This document shows positions 51,035 to 58,877 of a DNA stretch of 64,000 bases, one piece after another. A program made the position numbers and the translations under genes. The DNA lies in assembly GCA_025361145.1 (NCBI GenBank), contig JANYAV010000012.1, positions 14,830 to 78,829 on the forward strand, written 5' to 3'. The DNA is from Dehalococcoidia bacterium. Its GTDB lineage: Bacteria > Chloroflexota > Dehalococcoidia > Dehalococcoidales > UBA3254. Below the pieces are notes generated by a model, which was not told the origin of the DNA, did no database searches, and saw only the letters and a program-made list of their open reading frames with translations. Every line of letters starts with the position of its first letter. Positions within the stretch are counted from its first letter, which is position 1.

Positions 51035-51742
51035 TTATTCCTCGAACTTGTAGCCTACCCCGCGTATCGTGACGAGATGGGCGGGTTTTTCAGGATTAGA
51101 TTCAATTTTCTCACGCAGCCAGCGCATGTGCACATCCACGGTGCGGGTGTCTCCCGCGAAGTCATAACCCCAGACTTTTTCTAGCAGGGTGTCGCGGTTG
51201 AAGACCTGGCTCTTGTTTTTGAGTAAAAATACCAGCAGATCGAACTCTTTGGGATTTAGATTAACAGGTTTTGCCGCCACGTTTACCAAATGGCGAGATA
51301 CATCGATTTCAATATCACCTGCACTAATACTGGTTGAAGCCTCTTTAGTTTCAACAACGGCGGTTTCATTGATCATTTTGATGCGGCGCAGCATGGCCCT
51401 GACTCTGGCCATGAGTTCTCTCATGCTGAAGGGTTTAGTCATATAATCATCCGCGCCGACTTCCAGTCCGAGGATCTTGTCAATCTCGTCGGCGCGAGCG
51501 GTAAGCATCAGGATAGGGACTGACATTTCTTTGCGCAATATGCGGCAAACTTCCAATCCATCCAGTTTGGGGAGCATAAGATCCAGTACAATTATTTCAG
51601 GTTTTTCTCTGCGTGCTTTTTCCACGGCATCCAGGCCGTCAGCACAGGCAACGACCTTATAACCTTCTTTGTTAAGGTTATATTCCAGCATGGCACGTAG
51701 AGTTCCATCGTCTTCTACTACTAGAATCTTATTGCCGGCCAA
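51035..51742 (-). CDS. phoB: OmpR/PhoB-family response regulator
   Basis: 235 aa. Receiver domain (DDGTL...VLDLMLPKLDG) with a winged-helix output domain (TVDVHMRWLREKI...RGVGYKF). Confidence 0.88.
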   Translation of the reverse strand: MAGNKILVVEDDGTLRAMLEYNLNKEGYKVVACADGLDAVEKARREKPEIIVLDLMLPKLDGLEVCRILRKEMSVPILMLTARADEIDKILGLEVGADDYMTKPFSMRELMARVRAMLRRIKMINETAVVETKEASTSISAGDIEIDVSRHLVNVAAKPVNLNPKEFDLLVFLLKNKSQVFNRDTLLEKVWGYDFAGDTRTVDVHMRWLREKIESNPEKPAHLVTIRGVGYKFEE

Positions 51743-51754
51743 GCGAACTCCTCT

Positions 51755-52858
51755 CTAGACATTAAAAAGGTAATTGATGGTGTCTCCGTCCTGGACGATG
51801 TAGGTCTTGCCTTCCAGACGCAGCAGGCCCTGCTTTTTAGCCTCAACCAGACTGCCCACTCTTTTAAGTTCAGAATAATGGATGACCTCAGCGCGGATGA
51901 AGCCCCGTTCGATATCGGTATGGATTTTACCGGCGGCTTTGACGGCTTCCGTGCCCCGTTTGATCGGCCAGGCCCGGCATTCGTCCTCACCCACCGTCAG
52001 GAATGAAATCAGGTCCAGTAATTCATAAGAGACCTTGATGGTACGGTCAAGCCCGGATTCGGTCATGCCAAACTCCTTGCGGAATTCTGCCATGGCGTCC
52101 TCTCCCATCTGGGCGAGTTCCATTTCCAGTTTGCCGCAGGAAGCAATGACCCGGCTTTTGGGTTTGGCGAATTTGGCGTTTAAGTCAGCTTCAATTTTGG
52201 TGACGTTGGGCAGTTCATCTTCCCCGATGTTAACCACTGTCAGTATCGGTTTAGCCGTCAGGAACTGATAGTTGCTGAGTGATTTTATCTCCTCCGCCGT
52301 CAATTGCATCTCACGGATGGGAATATCTTTTTCCAGGCCGGCTTTAATTTTAAGCAGTGTTTCCTGTTCTTTCAAGACGATGGCCCGTTCAGCCTGTTTG
52401 GCGGATTTGAGCGAGTTTTCCATTTTCTCAAGACGTTTTTCCATAATGGCCAGATCGGAGAAAGCCAGTTCCAGATTCATGGCTTCGATATCGCGCGCGA
52501 CGTCGATGCTGCCGTCGGGATGAGGCAGGCTGTCATCTTTAAAGGACCGAACCACATTAACCAACAGGTCCACAGTGCTGAGGGTGTTTAGCAATTGCCC
52601 GCCGATGCCTTTATCGGTGGCCATCTCTTTAACTGAAGCGCCGATATCAATGTATTTAACCTCGGCATATACGATCTTTTTAGGATTATAGATTTTAGCC
52701 ATCTCAACGATACGTCCATCGGGAACAGCAGCCATACCAATGTTGGCTTCTTTTTTGGCGCTATACGTGCCAGTGGCAGCTTTACCTTTAGTCAGGCCGT
52801 TGAAAATGGTAGTTTTCCCGCTTTTAGAGAGTCCAACGATGCCGATATCTACACTCAT
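51755..52858 (-). CDS. ychF: Ribosome-binding/redox-regulated ATPase YchF
   Basis: 367 aa. GIVGLSKSGKTT G1 motif, a coiled-coil insert and a C-terminal TGS domain. Confidence 0.92.
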   Translation of the reverse strand: MSVDIGIVGLSKSGKTTIFNGLTKGKAATGTYSAKKEANIGMAAVPDGRIVEMAKIYNPKKIVYAEVKYIDIGASVKEMATDKGIGGQLLNTLSTVDLLVNVVRSFKDDSLPHPDGSIDVARDIEAMNLELAFSDLAIMEKRLEKMENSLKSAKQAERAIVLKEQETLLKIKAGLEKDIPIREMQLTAEEIKSLSNYQFLTAKPILTVVNIGEDELPNVTKIEADLNAKFAKPKSRVIASCGKLEMELAQMGEDAMAEFRKEFGMTESGLDRTIKVSYELLDLISFLTVGEDECRAWPIKRGTEAVKAAGKIHTDIERGFIRAEVIHYSELKRVGSLVEAKKQGLLRLEGKTYIVQDGDTINYLFNV

Positions 52859-53017
52859 GTTATTTTCCTTATGAAGTTATTTATGTCTATCTGAATACTG
52901 TCTCATTTTACTCTGTGGGGATTGATTGTTCAATCAAAGTTAGCGGGTGACACTTTTAGCATAACTTTTCAGAGGGTAAGTATGTTAAAATAGGGTATTC
53001 TAAACAGGGGGCTGAAT

Positions 53018-54034
53018 TTGCTGCATATTCTGTGGGGCGAAGATTATTTTTCTATCGAGGAAGCCCTGCAAACCATCAAAAATGGGCTCGGTGACCTCTC
53101 CATGCTGTCTTCCAACACCAGCGTTCTGGAAGGGCCTAAGCTGAGCGTTAATGAATTGAAAGTGGTGGGAGAAGCCATGCCCTTTCTATCTTTAAAACGG
53201 CTGGTGGTAATTAACGGTTTACTGACGCGTTTCGAGCCGAAAGAAAAATCCTATCGCCCTAAGAAAACTGAGAGTGCTAATAAAAAGCCGGATGAATCAG
53301 CCGCCTTTGGTGCCTGCCTGAAAGGCCTGCCTGACAGCACGGTGGCGGTGCTGGTCGATCATATCGAGATGGGCAAAAAAGCCCTGCAAAATAATGCGCT
53401 GTACCAGATTATTTTCCCAGGCAGCGACGTGCGACCTTTTCCTTTGCTCAAAGGGATTAAACTCTCTCAGTGGATACAGGAGCGGGTTACCGCTCAAGGT
53501 GGCAGCATCTCCCGTCAGGCCATGAATATTCTCATGGAAAATATCGGCGGCGATCTTTATACTCTCTCTAATGAATTGGTTAAGCTAAACAGTTACACCG
53601 CAGGCAGGATGATTGAGGAGAAGGATGTGCGCTCCTTGGTTAGCGCTTCACGTGAGGCGGATATCTTTGCCATGGTGGACGCGGTTATCGACCGGAAAGC
53701 TGGATTAGCTGAACAAATACTGGAGAAGCTACTGCAAAACGGCGTTGTGCCGCAGCAAATCCTGGCATTGATCTCCCGCCAGATCCAGATGCTGATTCAG
53801 GTCAAAGAGCTCAAGAAAGCCAGAAAGCCTACCGCTGAAATTCAGACCAGACTGGGGATTTTCAGCTCATTCGGTTGGGATAGACTCTCCGCCCGTTCAG
53901 AGAAGTATACTATGGAAAAACTGATGTTAATCTATCAAAGTTTGCTGCAGACCGATCTGGCGATTAAGACCGGCAAATTAGAAGGCAATCTGGCAGTTAA
54001 TATACTGGTAGCCGATCTCTGTGAACGGGGTTGA
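53018..54034 (+). CDS. holA: DNA polymerase III subunit delta
   Basis: 338 aa. The length and LWGEDYFSIEEAL start are typical of HolA, and the helical C-terminal domain also fits. Confidence 0.75.
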   Translation: MLHILWGEDYFSIEEALQTIKNGLGDLSMLSSNTSVLEGPKLSVNELKVVGEAMPFLSLKRLVVINGLLTRFEPKEKSYRPKKTESANKKPDESAAFGACLKGLPDSTVAVLVDHIEMGKKALQNNALYQIIFPGSDVRPFPLLKGIKLSQWIQERVTAQGGSISRQAMNILMENIGGDLYTLSNELVKLNSYTAGRMIEEKDVRSLVSASREADIFAMVDAVIDRKAGLAEQILEKLLQNGVVPQQILALISRQIQMLIQVKELKKARKPTAEIQTRLGIFSSFGWDRLSARSEKYTMEKLMLIYQSLLQTDLAIKTGKLEGNLAVNILVADLCERG

Positions 54035-54060
54035 TCCTGCAAGGCCCGGCCTTGCAGGAT
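54034..54060 (+). terminator. Hairpin overlapping the holA stop codon
   Basis: 12-bp stem atcctgcaaggc/gccttgcaggat with a 3-nt loop. The T tail is interrupted (tgttgttg). Confidence 0.5.
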
Positions 54061-54134
54061 TGTTGTTGACATAAATAAAGAGGCATGGTAGTATTTGAAC
54101 TCATATAATATCCAGCAAGTCCAGGGATTTAGAA

Positions 54135-54542
54135 ATGACTGAACCGGTGAAAATTGAATATTATCAACTAACGGTGGGTTTTGAGTTTCCGCCGCAGAGT
54201 TATGATTTGGAGGCTGGGTTGGTTTCTTTGTACCTGGAGGCCACCCGGGATTCCTCTGAAATACTCCGTAAGGGGAAGTTAGTGCCTCCCATGGCGGTCA
54301 CCGCTTACGCGATGAACGCGCTTTCCCAGTCGGTGGCCTTGCCTTCTGGCACTATCCACGTTACCCAGGAACTGGATTTCTTAAAAACGGTTAAGATAGG
54401 CGATACGATTATTTGTCATTCAAAGGTCAGCCGCAAAGTTGACCGCGGCGGTATGCGTCTAATGAATATTGATCTCACAGTAACCAATCAGAGCGCTGAA
54501 ACCGTTTTGACAGGGAAAGTGGGCTTTATACTGCCGGAATAA
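54135..54542 (+). CDS. Hotdog-fold protein, MaoC-dehydratase N-terminal-like (non-catalytic partner type)
   Basis: 135 aa. The size and pairing with a downstream MaoC gene resemble HadA/HadB-type heterodimeric dehydratases. Confidence 0.6.
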   Translation: MTEPVKIEYYQLTVGFEFPPQSYDLEAGLVSLYLEATRDSSEILRKGKLVPPMAVTAYAMNALSQSVALPSGTIHVTQELDFLKTVKIGDTIICHSKVSRKVDRGGMRLMNIDLTVTNQSAETVLTGKVGFILPE

Positions 54543-54676
54543 CAAGCTCCAAGATACAAGTTACAAGATACAAATGAAAAATAACAAATAAAAAATAAGA
54601 AAATACGAAATAAAAATACGAAATAAGAAATACCAAATAAAAAGTTTCAAATATAAAATAAAAAATAAAAACGGAA
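54543..54676 (+). repeat. 134-nt A-rich intercistronic oligo-repeat element with internal tandem duplications
   Basis: caagatacaa occurs twice (54550 and 54564, period 14). aatacgaaataa occurs twice (54602 and 54615, period 13). The 18-mer at 54584-54601 is identical to 660-677. Confidence 0.8.
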
Positions 54677-55123
54677 ATGACATTAAAACTAGCAGAACTT
54701 AAAATAGGACAGGAATTGCCCTCACGGGTCAAACAGATCAGCCAGGACGAGATTGATCTGTATGCCAAAGCCAGCCGGGATTTCAATCCCATCCACATCG
54801 ATCCGGTGTTTGCCCTGCAGACCGCGGCCAAAGGCACCATCGCCCACGGCATGCTGGTGCTGGCCTATGTGTCCCAGATGATGACGGAATCTTTCGGTTT
54901 GAACTGGCTGAGCGGGGGGCGCTTCAACATCCGCTTTAAAACTCCGGCCAGACCGGGGGATACGTTGACTATCCAGGGGAAAGTGGAAAAAATAGAGGCT
55001 CAAGACTCCAGGACTCAAATAGTATGTTCGATATTATGCTCAAACCAGAACAATGAGGCCAATATTACCGGAGAAGCCGTGGTCAGGTTTAATAACCAGG
55101 AAGGGGAGAAAGATGTCAGCTGA
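54677..55123 (+). CDS. MaoC-like (R)-specific enoyl/3-hydroxyacyl dehydratase (hotdog fold)
   Basis: 148 aa. DFNPIHIDPVFA catalytic hydratase 2 motif, then a hotdog core. Confidence 0.8.
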   Translation: MTLKLAELKIGQELPSRVKQISQDEIDLYAKASRDFNPIHIDPVFALQTAAKGTIAHGMLVLAYVSQMMTESFGLNWLSGGRFNIRFKTPARPGDTLTIQGKVEKIEAQDSRTQIVCSILCSNQNNEANITGEAVVRFNNQEGEKDVS

Positions 55124-55370
55124 TAACACGCAGACGGGGGAAGAAACCCTGCGCAGGATTATCGCCAAAATAATCCACAATGATAATGTGGCCCTTACTC
55201 CCGCCACTACCTTTAAAGACCTGGGCGCCGATTCGCTGGATGTGGTCAAAGTGATCGTAGCCCTGGAAGCAGCTTATAATATAGAGCTGGAGGATGAAGT
55301 TCTAAAAAACATCAAGAATATGGGCGGCTTGATGGCTTACGTGAAGGAAAAGGTGGCAGCTAAAAAATAG
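55113..55370 (+). CDS. Second acyl carrier protein, translationally coupled to the MaoC gene
   Basis: The ATG at 55113 follows GGAAGGGGAG and overlaps the MaoC stop by 11 nt. FKDLGADSLDVVKVIVALE carries the DSL phosphopantetheinylation site. Confidence 0.8.
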   Translation: MSADNTQTGEETLRRIIAKIIHNDNVALTPATTFKDLGADSLDVVKVIVALEAAYNIELEDEVLKNIKNMGGLMAYVKEKVAAKK

Positions 55371-55412
55371 ATTGGCCGGGTTATTCGGCAAAATAGTCAG
55401 ATAAATTCTTAA

Positions 55413-55461
55413 AAACAAATTGTGAGAGTGTGACAATCCTACCTCTCACAATTTGTTTTTT
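55413..55461 (+). terminator. Rho-independent terminator after the ACP gene
   Basis: 16-bp stem aaacaaattgtgagag/ctctcacaatttgttt, followed by a T run. Confidence 0.8.
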
Positions 55462-55648
55462 CAAAGCAAGCTCATTGCCTCTGCGAGTGCGTCTCTCAAT
55501 TCGTGTGAACAATACTACAAAATTCTCTCAATATCTGGATTCCCCTGTTTTTATGTGATTGACTTGTAATCGCATAGCCCTTCTTTATGATTCGGCAGCA
55601 ACTCCCACCTTCTAGAATTCGGGTGGTTGAAAGGAAAGGGGGGTTGCC

Positions 55649-56659
55649 ATGAAACTTCAAAACATAGCCCTAAAGTTAATAGCTTTCATGTTTTGCGCCT
55701 GGCTGCCCATCAACGCTGTCCTGCCCCCAGCAGATGACAGGGCAACCCCCGGTTACATCGCTGAAATTGGTGGAACTACCGCTGTTCTGAATCAGGAAAC
55801 TCTGCGCTGGGATCTACTCCAAATTGAAGCCCAGAAAGGCTGGTCTATTGTTACCGGTGGAAAAGATGTGCTGGTGGCAGTTCTGGATACCGGTATCGAT
55901 GATACCCATGCAGCCCTCGCTGGCAAGGTGGAAGGCAGAGTCAATTTCACTAACAGCCCAGCCGCAGACGTGCAAGGACACGGCACTTTTATTGCCGGTA
56001 TTATCGCCGCCGGCGCAGAGAATCCGGGCTGCCCCGGCCTGGCCTACAATGCCAAATTACTGGACGTTAAAGTCGCTGAGGACAATGGCAGCACGGATGC
56101 TAAAAAGGTAGCCCAAGGGATTATCTGGGCAGCTAACCACGGTGCTGAAGTGATTAATATAAGCATCGTAATCAATCAAGAATACCCTCTATTAGAGTAC
56201 GCGGTAGATTATGCCTGGGAAAAGGGTTGCGTAATTGTAGCCTCGGCCGGTAACAGGGCTACCACAACGCCCGTCTATCCCGCGGCCTATGCCAATGTAA
56301 TCGCGGTAGCCGCTTCCGATAAAAATGATGATCTGGCCCGCTGGTCCAATACCGGAAAGTGGGTGGATGTGGATGCCCCCGGCACCGAGATTTATTCAAC
56401 TCTTCCCGGCAATAAATATGGTACGAAATCCGGTTCTTCTTTCTCAGCCGCGCTGGTTTCCGGTGAAGCTGCCCTCTTATTTACCCGGGCCATAGATGTT
56501 GATAATGACGGCCTGCTCAACAACGAGATCAGCACCAATATTCTGAATAATTGCGATGTGATCCAGGGGCTGGAAAACACCCGCAAGCGAATCAACGTTT
56601 ATGACGCCGCCAAAGCGGCCGATATCATCCGCGAAATGCTGACGGTGACGGGGGGGTAG
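55649..56659 (+). CDS. Secreted subtilisin-like serine peptidase (S8)
   Basis: Signal peptide, then the D/H/S triad contexts VAVLDTGID, HGTFIAGIIAA and GSSFSAALVSG. Confidence 0.88.
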   Translation: MKLQNIALKLIAFMFCAWLPINAVLPPADDRATPGYIAEIGGTTAVLNQETLRWDLLQIEAQKGWSIVTGGKDVLVAVLDTGIDDTHAALAGKVEGRVNFTNSPAADVQGHGTFIAGIIAAGAENPGCPGLAYNAKLLDVKVAEDNGSTDAKKVAQGIIWAANHGAEVINISIVINQEYPLLEYAVDYAWEKGCVIVASAGNRATTTPVYPAAYANVIAVAASDKNDDLARWSNTGKWVDVDAPGTEIYSTLPGNKYGTKSGSSFSAALVSGEAALLFTRAIDVDNDGLLNNEISTNILNNCDVIQGLENTRKRINVYDAAKAADIIREMLTVTGG

Positions 56660-56681
56660 GAGGAATCGGGAAGTTCCGCCC

Positions 56682-57190
56682 CACCCTGAGATGCTTCGCT
56701 ACGCTCCAGCATGACAACCTTACGCACTTCAGTATGACCGAAGGTTATTGGTGTCATTCTGGAGTCCCGATTTTATCGGGACGAAGAATCTGGTGGGGAG
56801 GGGAAAATAGGAATAGCAGTTATATGATATAATAGCCAGCAAATGCAAGAATATTATGTCAATATCATGACCAATAAATCAGGAACTTTATACACGGGAA
56901 TAACCAATAATTTGGAACGCCGTGTTTATGAACACAAGAACAAGCTGATTGAAGGTTTTACAAAACGATACAATATTACTCAACTGGTATATTTTGCTTC
57001 AGGTAATGATGTTACTGCTGCTATCACCATGGAAAAGCGGATTAAGGGAATGTTGCGAAGTAAAAAGATAGAGTTGATTAAAACAATTAACCCTCATTTC
57101 CAGGATTTAAGTGAGAGTTGGTTTGATTGCGGTAATAAAGAAGGAGTTTGACCTCACCCTGAGATCCTTCACTTCGTTCCAGGATGACAA
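56682..57190 (+). mobile_element. Putative selfish GIY-YIG cassette: a GIY-YIG gene bracketed by 36-bp direct repeats plus a hairpin
   Basis: DR1 (56682-56717) is caccctgagatgcttcgctacgctccagcatgacaa and DR2 (57155-57190) is caccctgagatccttcacttcgttccaggatgacaa, with 31 of 36 positions identical. A hairpin gtcccgat-ttt-atcgggac lies at 56764-56782. Confidence 0.4.
56843..57151 (+). CDS. GIY-YIG (URI-domain, COG2827-like) nuclease family protein
   Basis: 102 aa. YYVNIMTNKSGTLYTGITNNLERRVYEHK is the GIY-(X10)-YTG ... R ... E pattern. Confidence 0.85.
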   Translation: MQEYYVNIMTNKSGTLYTGITNNLERRVYEHKNKLIEGFTKRYNITQLVYFASGNDVTAAITMEKRIKGMLRSKKIELIKTINPHFQDLSESWFDCGNKEGV

Positions 57191-57221
57191 ATGAAATTCT
57201 TCTTTCGCCCTCTAAATACAA

Positions 57222-57250
57222 AAAGCCCGCTGGATTTTTCAGCGGGCTTT
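57222..57250. terminator. Bidirectional hairpin between the convergent GIY-YIG gene and the last fibre-operon gene
   Basis: 10-bp stem aaagcccgct/agcgggcttt, flanked by A and T runs. Confidence 0.7.
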
Positions 57251-57253
57251 GTT

Positions 57254-58834
57254 TTATTCCTTGTCTGTTGTCTGAGTAGCTTCAGCTTCCTGCAGCTGAC
57301 GTCTGCTGCGGAAAAGCGAAATAATCATTGTGGAGATTCCGGCGGCGATGCACAGCAGCCACCAGTAGTTAGTCTCCGAGACGTCAGGTATGATCCTGGG
57401 ATCTACCCACAACTCGTCGCCCAAAGGACCGGCGGTTACGGTATAGATGCCGCTGGTCCCGGGCATTAAAATCATATCCACTTCTGTGCTTTGTCCCGGA
57501 TTAAGGTGCACGGACTGGCTTTTTTGGATCTTGCCGTCTACCTTGATGACCACCACATATTCACCCGGCAGGCCGCCTTTGTTGATGACTCTGACTCGAA
57601 CGTCTGCACTTTGGCCCACCAGGATTCTTTGAGGCCTGACAGTCAGTCTCTGCAGCATAATATTGGCCGGCGGCTTGCCCGCGCCGGATTTCGCCAGTAC
57701 CACAAACAGCGAGAAGTGGTCTACCTCCGCCGCTACCTCCGGGCCTTCCGCGATAAAGCCGGCAGGGGGTGAAAGTTCTGTCCAGCCGTCCTGGTAGCTG
57801 TAGTAGAAAGCGGCCAGATCGTCTACTGTTTCAGGCAGAAGTTTATCGTTATATTTAATGATCAGGGTAGAAGGCCTATCCAGCTTCACACCGGTAATAT
57901 AGCCGTTAGTGACGCCGTTAATATCGTAATTCGGGCTGACGGGTATCCAGCCGTCCGGATAAGGGGGCACTTCAGAAACGTCAGGGTTGGTTACCCTGAT
58001 CTCCCAGGGAACGGTCTCTCCCACCTTGCTCAGGTCTACAGGGTACTGGCGGTTTTCATTAGAAAGGTGCACCTGGGTGCCCTGTAAGATATCCAGTGTA
58101 AAACTGCCGTCAGGCACAGTGGCTTTAAGACCGCCGATCACAATACCGTCAGCGGTTACCCTGGACTGGTCGCCGGCCTGAGGCATTACCAGGCTAATAA
58201 ACCGGTCTCCGCCGCCAGGCGGATTGGGAGTAGAAGGGGGCGTGGGTATGGGGTTAGGTTCAGGTTCAGGAGTTGTGGGTGGAGCACCCGTACCGCTTAA
58301 CTGGTAATTGACATCAAAAGAGATGCCGTCTCCCTGAACGATATTGTCGGTGTTAGAAGTAAAGTGGCTGCCGCCGCTAAGGGGCAAATACCAACGCCAG
58401 GTGAGTGTGACCGTGTCCCCCGGGTTTATAGCGGGGACAGTTAAGGTTTTAGGGCTGGAGGCGCTCATGGGAAACCCGGAAATAGGTCCCGGCATGGGAA
58501 AATTAGCGGCTGTCAGGCCGGAGCCGGAAACGCTGAATTGCAGATTATCGGCTAAATCGGCGGTTCCATCCTTACCGGCGGTATTGACGAATGAATCCAG
58601 CCAGATGAGCAGGGAGGCAGATTCAGTGCTGTTATTACTGACTTTTACTACCTTGGAGTCACTCTGGCCGGGGTAGATATTATTAAAGACCAGACTGGTA
58701 TTAGTTCCCCCCAGCGCATCGGTCAAACTAATGTTGATGCTGGCGGCGGAAACCGGGACTGAAGTGGGCAAGCCGAAGAGCAGGATCACTCCTGCCATCA
58801 TAATGGCTATCGTTCTTAACATCAGTGTTTTCAT
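57254..58834 (-). CDS. Membrane-anchored surface protein: signal peptide, TasA/camelysin-like domain, Pro-rich linker, unknown domain, CARDB-like Ig domain, C-terminal TM anchor
   Basis: - 526 aa with an AxA-type signal (SVPVSA/AS).
- N-terminal domain ends NIVQGDGISFDVNYQL, like the terminal strand of the neighbouring TasA-like proteins.
- Linker is PPTTPEPEPNPIPTPPSTPNPP.
- CARDB-like segment is VRVRVINKGGLPGEY...NPGQSTEV.
- C-terminal helix WWLLCIAAGISTMIISLF is followed by RSRR. Confidence 0.6.
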   Translation of the reverse strand: MKTLMLRTIAIMMAGVILLFGLPTSVPVSAASINISLTDALGGTNTSLVFNNIYPGQSDSKVVKVSNNSTESASLLIWLDSFVNTAGKDGTADLADNLQFSVSGSGLTAANFPMPGPISGFPMSASSPKTLTVPAINPGDTVTLTWRWYLPLSGGSHFTSNTDNIVQGDGISFDVNYQLSGTGAPPTTPEPEPNPIPTPPSTPNPPGGGDRFISLVMPQAGDQSRVTADGIVIGGLKATVPDGSFTLDILQGTQVHLSNENRQYPVDLSKVGETVPWEIRVTNPDVSEVPPYPDGWIPVSPNYDINGVTNGYITGVKLDRPSTLIIKYNDKLLPETVDDLAAFYYSYQDGWTELSPPAGFIAEGPEVAAEVDHFSLFVVLAKSGAGKPPANIMLQRLTVRPQRILVGQSADVRVRVINKGGLPGEYVVVIKVDGKIQKSQSVHLNPGQSTEVDMILMPGTSGIYTVTAGPLGDELWVDPRIIPDVSETNYWWLLCIAAGISTMIISLFRSRRQLQEAEATQTTDKE

Positions 58835-58877
58835 TGATCAATTTCACGACTAACTTTAAATCATTTACGACCCAATG

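Noticed and set aside
54526-54852. 108-aa minus-strand ORF rich in Phe, Tyr and Ile (...FIFYFIFETFYLVFLISYFYFVFSYFLFVIFHLY...), and the similar ORF at 470-712
   Set aside because: These are the antisense translation of the A-rich intercistronic repeat plus the ends of real genes. The sequence is low-complexity, has no SD sequence, and overlaps well-supported plus-strand genes.
55649-56659. The S8 subtilisin-like peptidase as part of the fibre operon (a processing protease)
   Set aside because: It is on the opposite strand and is separated from the operon by the GIY-YIG cassette and a bidirectional terminator. Adjacency alone does not support a functional link.
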